Positions 6,841 to 10,572 of a DNA stretch of 10,572 bases are shown here, piece by piece. Both the position numbers and the translations under genes were made by a program. The notes under the pieces were generated by a model. It was not told the DNA's origin and did not search any database. It saw only the letters and a program-made list of their open reading frames with translations. Source of the stretch: Polyangiales bacterium. GTDB taxonomy: Bacteria; Myxococcota_A; Polyangia; Polyangiales; Polyangiaceae. The stretch's first letter is position 1. Every line of letters begins with the position of its first letter. The DNA is taken from contig JBBRNJ010000140.1 of assembly GCA_038230375.1 (NCBI GenBank), forward strand, positions 1-10,572. The letters run 5' to 3'.

Positions 6841-7793
6841 CAGTATTGCTGCTGTCGATCGACGAGGGTCCGGGGAGGTTCGCCGCGCTCGATCCGCGCG
6901 AGATTTTCCAGGAAGAGCTGTGTCGCGCGTTCGAGATAGTCGTGCACGACGCCCGCGACGTGCGGCGTGATCACGAGATTGGGCGTCGTCCAGAGCGAGC
7001 TCTCGCGCGGGAGCGGCTCGTCCGCGAAAACGTCGACCGCGGCGCCTCGCAGGTGTCCCCGCCGGAGCGCCGCTTCCAGCGCGTCCGCGTCCACGACTGC
7101 GCCGCGCGAGAGGTGGATGAGGAACGCGCCTGGCTTCATCGCTGCGAACGCCCGCTCGTCCAGGAGGCTGCGCGTGCGTGGCGTGAGCGGGACGGTGACC
7201 ACGAGATGATCCGCCGACGCGAGCATCTCGCGCATGTCTTCTGGCGAGAACACCGCCTGGACGTGTGGCATCGCTCGCGGCGTGCGACACGCGCCCACGA
7301 CGCGCATGCCCAGCGCGGCGCACGCGGCCGCGAGGCTCCGGCCCACCTCACCGAGACCGACGATCGCCACGGTCTTTCCTGCGAGCGTGCCGGTGGCGAC
7401 GGGCTTCCACTCGCGATCTCTCTGCTGCGCCGCAAATCGCGGGAGCTCACGCTCGAGCGCGAGCATCAGCGCGAGCGCGTGGTCCCGCATCTCCGGCAGG
7501 TGGATGCCGCGCGCGTTCGCGATGACGACGTCCTCCCGAAGTCCCGTCGCAGGCCAGAGCGCGTCGACCCCCGAGCCCATGAGCTGCAAGAAACGAAGCC
7601 TCTTCGCCTGCGACCAGTCGATGCGCAGCGGATTGCCCGCAAAGAGAATCTCGATCTCCGGCAGCCGCGCGCCCAGGTCGCCTTCGCCCACGTCGACCAC
7701 GTGGCGTCCTGTCTTCTCGATCGCGGCGGTGACGGCGTCGCGCGCGCCCACATCCGAATCGAGATGGAGATGAATCACGTGCGACGTGGCCAC
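6840..7793 (-). CDS. D-isomer-specific 2-hydroxyacid dehydrogenase (NAD(P)-dependent 2-ketoacid reductase family)
   Basis: 317 aa. Rossmann motif VGLGEVG, VPLTPRT, and catalytic Arg/Glu/His in SRG, DVFADEP and TPHVAG. An in-frame GTG at 7778 would give a GTGA overlap with the radical SAM stop. Confidence 0.93.
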   Translation of the reverse strand: MATSHVIHLHLDSDVGARDAVTAAIEKTGRHVVDVGEGDLGARLPEIEILFAGNPLRIDWSQAKRLRFLQLMGSGVDALWPATGLREDVVIANARGIHLPEMRDHALALMLALERELPRFAAQQRDREWKPVATGTLAGKTVAIVGLGEVGRSLAAACAALGMRVVGACRTPRAMPHVQAVFSPEDMREMLASADHLVVTVPLTPRTRSLLDERAFAAMKPGAFLIHLSRGAVVDADALEAALRRGHLRGAAVDVFADEPLPRESSLWTTPNLVITPHVAGVVHDYLERATQLFLENLARIERGEPPRTLVDRQQQY

Positions 7794-9061
7794 TGCTGCG
7801 ACCCCGTATCAGCGGGCTCCTCGAGCAGTCGCCACTCCGCGCGATCGAAGGGCTGGCCGGGCGCCGGGGCGATGCGTTCGACCCTCTCTCGTACGCCGCG
7901 CGCGTGCATCTGCAGCACGCGGTGATGACAGTACGGATTGTTCCCCGGACGGCCGAAGAGGGACGTCGTCATCCACGTGCAGCCGCCGCCGCACTCGTTG
8001 CCGTAGTAGCACTCCGCGCAGTAGCCCCAGAGCTCCGCGCGCGTGCGGTCGCGGTTGTGGCGCAGCGCATCCGCGCGCTCCCAGATCTCCTGCAGCCGAT
8101 GGTCACGGATGTTTCCGCCAATCCATTCCTCGCCGAGCGAAGGGCACCCCTTGATGTCGCCGTTCGCCTCGATCCCGAGCCCGGCGCGCCCCGCAGGACA
8201 CGAGCCGGCATAGCGATCCACGCAGTGGCTCCGCAAGAGATGTTCGTAGGGGCCGAAGTAGCCGACGTTGTTGCCGCACATCATCTTGATGCCGTCGGCG
8301 TCCGCGCGGGTCTTCAGCTCCGCGAGCCTGGGGAAGAGACCGTGCAGATCGTAAGGTTGGAGGAGCACCTCTGGCTCGTCCGCGGCGCGTCCGGCTGGCA
8401 CCGTGAGCTGGAGCTGCCAGCCGTGCGCAGCGCTCTCCCGCACGATCTCGTACACCGCCTCTAGCTCTCCGACGCTCAGCCGATTCACCTGCGTGTTGAT
8501 CGCGACTTGCATGCCCGCCGCCCGCAGGTTCGCGATGCCTTCACATGCCGCGCGAAAGGAGCCGCGTGCGGCGCGCAGTCGATCGTGTGTCTCCTCCAGA
8601 CCATCGATCGAGACGCCCACGCTCTGCACGCCCGCCTCCCTGGCGAGCCGCGCGCGCTCCGCGTTCATGCCGCGGCCGCCCGTCACCATCGTGCTCATCA
8701 TGCCGGTTCGCCGGATCTCGGACACGACTTCGGTCCAGCCTTCGTACAGGTAGACCTCGCCACCGATGAGCGCGATCTCTTTCACGCCGAGAGCGTGCAT
8801 CTGGCGGACCAGATCGAGCGCCTCGGCCTTCGTGAGCTCGTCCGGCCGCGCTCGTCCCGCGCGCGATCCGCAGTGACGACACGCAAGATCACACGCGAGC
8901 GTCAGCTCCCAGACCGCGTAGATCGGTCGGTCAGTCCGATCGATCTCGCGAACGTCACCAGCGAGCGGCAACCGCGCGCGCGTCGACCGAGGGGCGATCT
9001 CGAGATGTCGCACGGGCCGCGGCGCCGCGATGAGCGCGTCACGCTCCTTCGGTGTCAGCAC
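7775..9061 (-). CDS. Radical SAM/SPASM peptide maturase, PlpX-like splicease group (TIGR03913/TIGR04103-like)
   Basis: 428 aa. AVWELTLACDLACRHCGSRAG (CxxxCxxC at 8870-8893), WQLQLTVPAGRAAD, GNNVGYFGPYE, and the SPASM region C.AG...LGIEANGDIKGCPSL...CAECYY..ECGGGC...GNNPYCHHR. All of these are motifs I recognise from this family. Confidence 0.9.
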   Translation of the reverse strand: MLTPKERDALIAAPRPVRHLEIAPRSTRARLPLAGDVREIDRTDRPIYAVWELTLACDLACRHCGSRAGRARPDELTKAEALDLVRQMHALGVKEIALIGGEVYLYEGWTEVVSEIRRTGMMSTMVTGGRGMNAERARLAREAGVQSVGVSIDGLEETHDRLRAARGSFRAACEGIANLRAAGMQVAINTQVNRLSVGELEAVYEIVRESAAHGWQLQLTVPAGRAADEPEVLLQPYDLHGLFPRLAELKTRADADGIKMMCGNNVGYFGPYEHLLRSHCVDRYAGSCPAGRAGLGIEANGDIKGCPSLGEEWIGGNIRDHRLQEIWERADALRHNRDRTRAELWGYCAECYYGNECGGGCTWMTTSLFGRPGNNPYCHHRVLQMHARGVRERVERIAPAPGQPFDRAEWRLLEEPADTGSQQWPRRT

Positions 9062-9065
9062 GCGC

Positions 9066-9695
9066 TCACACCGTCACGGCGTCGCACCCGCTCGGGAAGA
9101 CGCAGCCATAAGGCATCGGCGGGCAGTACGCGTAGACGTTACGCCCCTGCACGTTGGCGTTCGCATCCTGGGGGCGGCTGCTCGTGCACTGCGGCTCCGG
9201 CTCGGGCGGACAGTTGCCCATCCGCGCGGCCTGGCCGCCGCAACCGCGACACGCGTGGTAGCACCACTGATTCGACGCGCACCTCTTCCCGCCACACGCG
9301 AACGTGGTGCCAGTCGCGGTCGCGCTGACGCTCGCTGTGGCAGTGGCGCTCGGGGAAGCCGACGCTCCCGCGGACGCGGCCGTCGCGATCGCGATCGCCG
9401 AAGCGGAAGGTGCGGGCGCGGTCGTCGCTGCGGAGGCCGTCGCTGCGGAGGCCGTCGCTGTCGAGGTGCCGAGAGGCACTGCGTCCGTCGGCGACCTGGT
9501 GGCAGGCGCCTCGTCCTTGCAGCCGGCCGACGTTGCGGCGATCGCCGCGCCGAGCGCGTACTGAGCCGCGCGCGAGATCCCGGCGACGACAGGCGCGGCC
9601 GGGCGCACGCGAACCTCGCCGTCGCAGAACGGACAGGCCCGCTCCGTCGCATGCACGTGCCGCAGACAGCTCTCGCAAACGACAAGTCTCGCCAT
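9066..9695 (-). CDS. Putative radical SAM substrate/precursor protein (zinc-ribbon-like N-terminus, lipobox-like site, C-terminal PYG motif)
   Basis: 209 aa from the ATG at 9695, preceded by GGAGGG. CESCLRHV...CPFC, then SRAA..LGAAIAATSAG-C, an Ala/Thr/Ser linker, a Cys-rich domain and CPPMPYGCVFPSGCDAVTV*. The stop is 4 bp before the radical SAM start. Confidence 0.8.
   Translation of the reverse strand: MARLVVCESCLRHVHATERACPFCDGEVRVRPAAPVVAGISRAAQYALGAAIAATSAGCKDEAPATRSPTDAVPLGTSTATASAATASAATTAPAPSASAIAIATAASAGASASPSATATASVSATATGTTFACGGKRCASNQWCYHACRGCGGQAARMGNCPPEPEPQCTSSRPQDANANVQGRNVYAYCPPMPYGCVFPSGCDAVTV
9424..9460. repeat. 15-bp tandem repeat (about 2.5 copies) in the precursor linker
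   Basis: GTCGCTGCGGAGGCC twice plus GTCGCTG; it encodes TASAA repeats. Confidence 0.8.
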
Positions 9696-9858
9696 CGACA
9701 ACCCCTCCGCGGCCCGAGAATACACCGGTGGCGAGCATGCGTCGTCCAGATTGGCCGTGGCTCGCAAGACGATCCGACTCACCCCAGAGGGCGGCACCGG
9801 AGTGTACGCGCCGGTCTGAACGACGGACGCCTGATCACCGGCTGGTCTGGTGGGCTCG

Positions 9859-10130
9859 CTAGAGGCAAGTGGTGGAGGCCTTCGCCGTGTGCGAACAGAA
9901 GACCATCGGGGTCGTCGTCGCGCTATTCAGCTGGGTCTCTCGGCAGTCGAGCGTGTCGCCGGACGCCACCCGCGTTCCTGCTTCATAGCCGGCGCAGTCG
10001 GTCTGGCACTGCGCGAAAGACGCGTATTTCGTGTTGCTCCCGTTGCAGACCGTGACGTCGATGGCGCAGAACGCCTCGCACTGCGCACCGCACTTATCTT
10101 GCGCGGACCAGATGCTTGCGACTGCGCAGG
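9859..10130 (-). pseudogene. C-terminal fragment of a myxobacterial Cys-rich secreted protein, cut off by the IS end
   Basis: CGAQCEAFCAIDVTVCNGSNTKYASFAQCQTDCAGY...GDTLDCR...A....FCSH...STTCL* matches the CxxYC...C...YxxxxxCxxxC...GxTxxCR repeat style. The upstream part of ORF 9859-10263 is IS-derived sequence with no signal peptide. Confidence 0.65.
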
Positions 10131-10328
10131 GCGCGTAGGTAAAAGAAAGGCCGTTTCGGTCCGCTGCGAGGCGTTGCGCTCCTGGCGACGCTCGACATGG
10201 TCTCCGGGAACCGCGCTCGAAACATCCCTCTGCCGCAGGCCGCATCGCTCCAATACGGCGCATTTCCCGGCTACTCGCACACGTCCGCCTTGGCGCGGCG
10301 AGTTCGCGCCGCGGGGGTTTTTGCGTCT
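10131..10328 (-). mobile_element. Putative oriIS-side non-coding end of the IS91/ISCR-like element
   Basis: About 200 bp downstream of the transposase stop, the minus strand reads GGCCTTTCTTTTACCTACGCGC. This resembles the ISCR oriIS terminus as I recall it (TTTGAACTTCCTATAC-like). A Cys-rich coding fragment begins abruptly right after it. There is a hairpin CGCGGCG-agttcg-CGCCGCG at 10294-10313. The exact boundary is uncertain by a few bases. Confidence 0.55.
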
Positions 10329-10523
10329 CTATGCAGCGCCAGACAGTCGGCGAAGGGTCTTGCTTTGCCAGAACGGTGGACCACGTGCGGGCGTGCGCTC
10401 AGGGAGCGCCGTCGCCACCGCAAACCCCTTCAGGAAACGCCTCACCTCCCCGAGCTCCGTCACCATCCCCAGCACCGAAAGCCGGCCCTGGCAGCGCGGA
10501 CACTCGAGCACGTCCACCTTGTC

Positions 10524-10548
10524 CCCCGTCGGGGATCACGAAGCGCGA
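10524..10548 (+). repeat. 25-bp mini-element, copy D (inverted relative to A-C; 23/25 identical)
   Basis: Plus strand CCCCGTCGGGGATCACGAAGCGCGA versus the reverse complement of A, CCCCGTCGGGTATCACGAAGCGCGT. Its 3' part is also positions 1-16. Confidence 0.9.
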
Positions 10549-10572
10549 ACGTCTTCATCATCAGCTCCGCCC
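10533..10572 (+). repeat. 40-bp terminal direct repeat, right copy
   Basis: Identical to 1-40. Confidence 0.98.

Larger units (their letters stand above)
10329..10572 (-). pseudogene. IS91/ISCR-family transposase remnant, C-terminal part (continues the frame at 1-209 across the junction)
   Basis: Removing the 26-bp insert at 10521-10546 gives WAELMMKTF-KVDVLECPRCQGRLSVLGMVT...PARGPPFWQSKTLRRLSGAA*. The WAxL..R/KxF..DxxxCPxCxG and ARGPP motifs are typical of ISCR-like transposase C-termini. Confidence 0.85.

Noticed and set aside
6841..7323. 161-aa N-terminal extension of ORF 5599-7323
   Set aside because: It overlaps the dehydrogenase in another frame and is Arg/Pro-rich shadow sequence. 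The ATG at 6840 gives a TGATG coupling.
9696..9797. Upstream GTG start of the precursor ORF (243 aa)
   Set aside because: The ATG at 9695 has a good GGAGGG site and begins right at the CxxC module. The extension overlaps -10-like elements instead.

Overview
GC-rich window that looks myxobacterial (Polyangiales-like, inferred from the Cys-rich lipoprotein families and the IS type). The first and last 40 bp are identical, and a decayed IS91/ISCR-like (HUH, rolling-circle) transposase reads continuously across the end-to-start junction. The window is therefore either a ~10.5 kb circle or a segment between two direct IS copies. Four copies of a 25-bp mini-element interrupt the transposase, and no full copy was seen elsewhere in the window. 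The cargo has four parts: (1) a tightly coupled minus-strand operon encoding a Cys-rich precursor-like protein ending in a Pro-Tyr-Gly motif, a PlpX-like (splicease-type) radical SAM/SPASM enzyme, a D-2-hydroxyacid dehydrogenase and a PDZ + alpha/beta-hydrolase, which is a candidate ketoamide-forming RiPP pathway with extra tailoring; (2) an orphan nucleotidyltransferase; (3) three predicted lipoproteins (Cys-rich repeat, CHAP, beta-propeller-like); (4) two 5'-truncated gene fragments. All family assignments come from motif recognition by eye; no searches were run.
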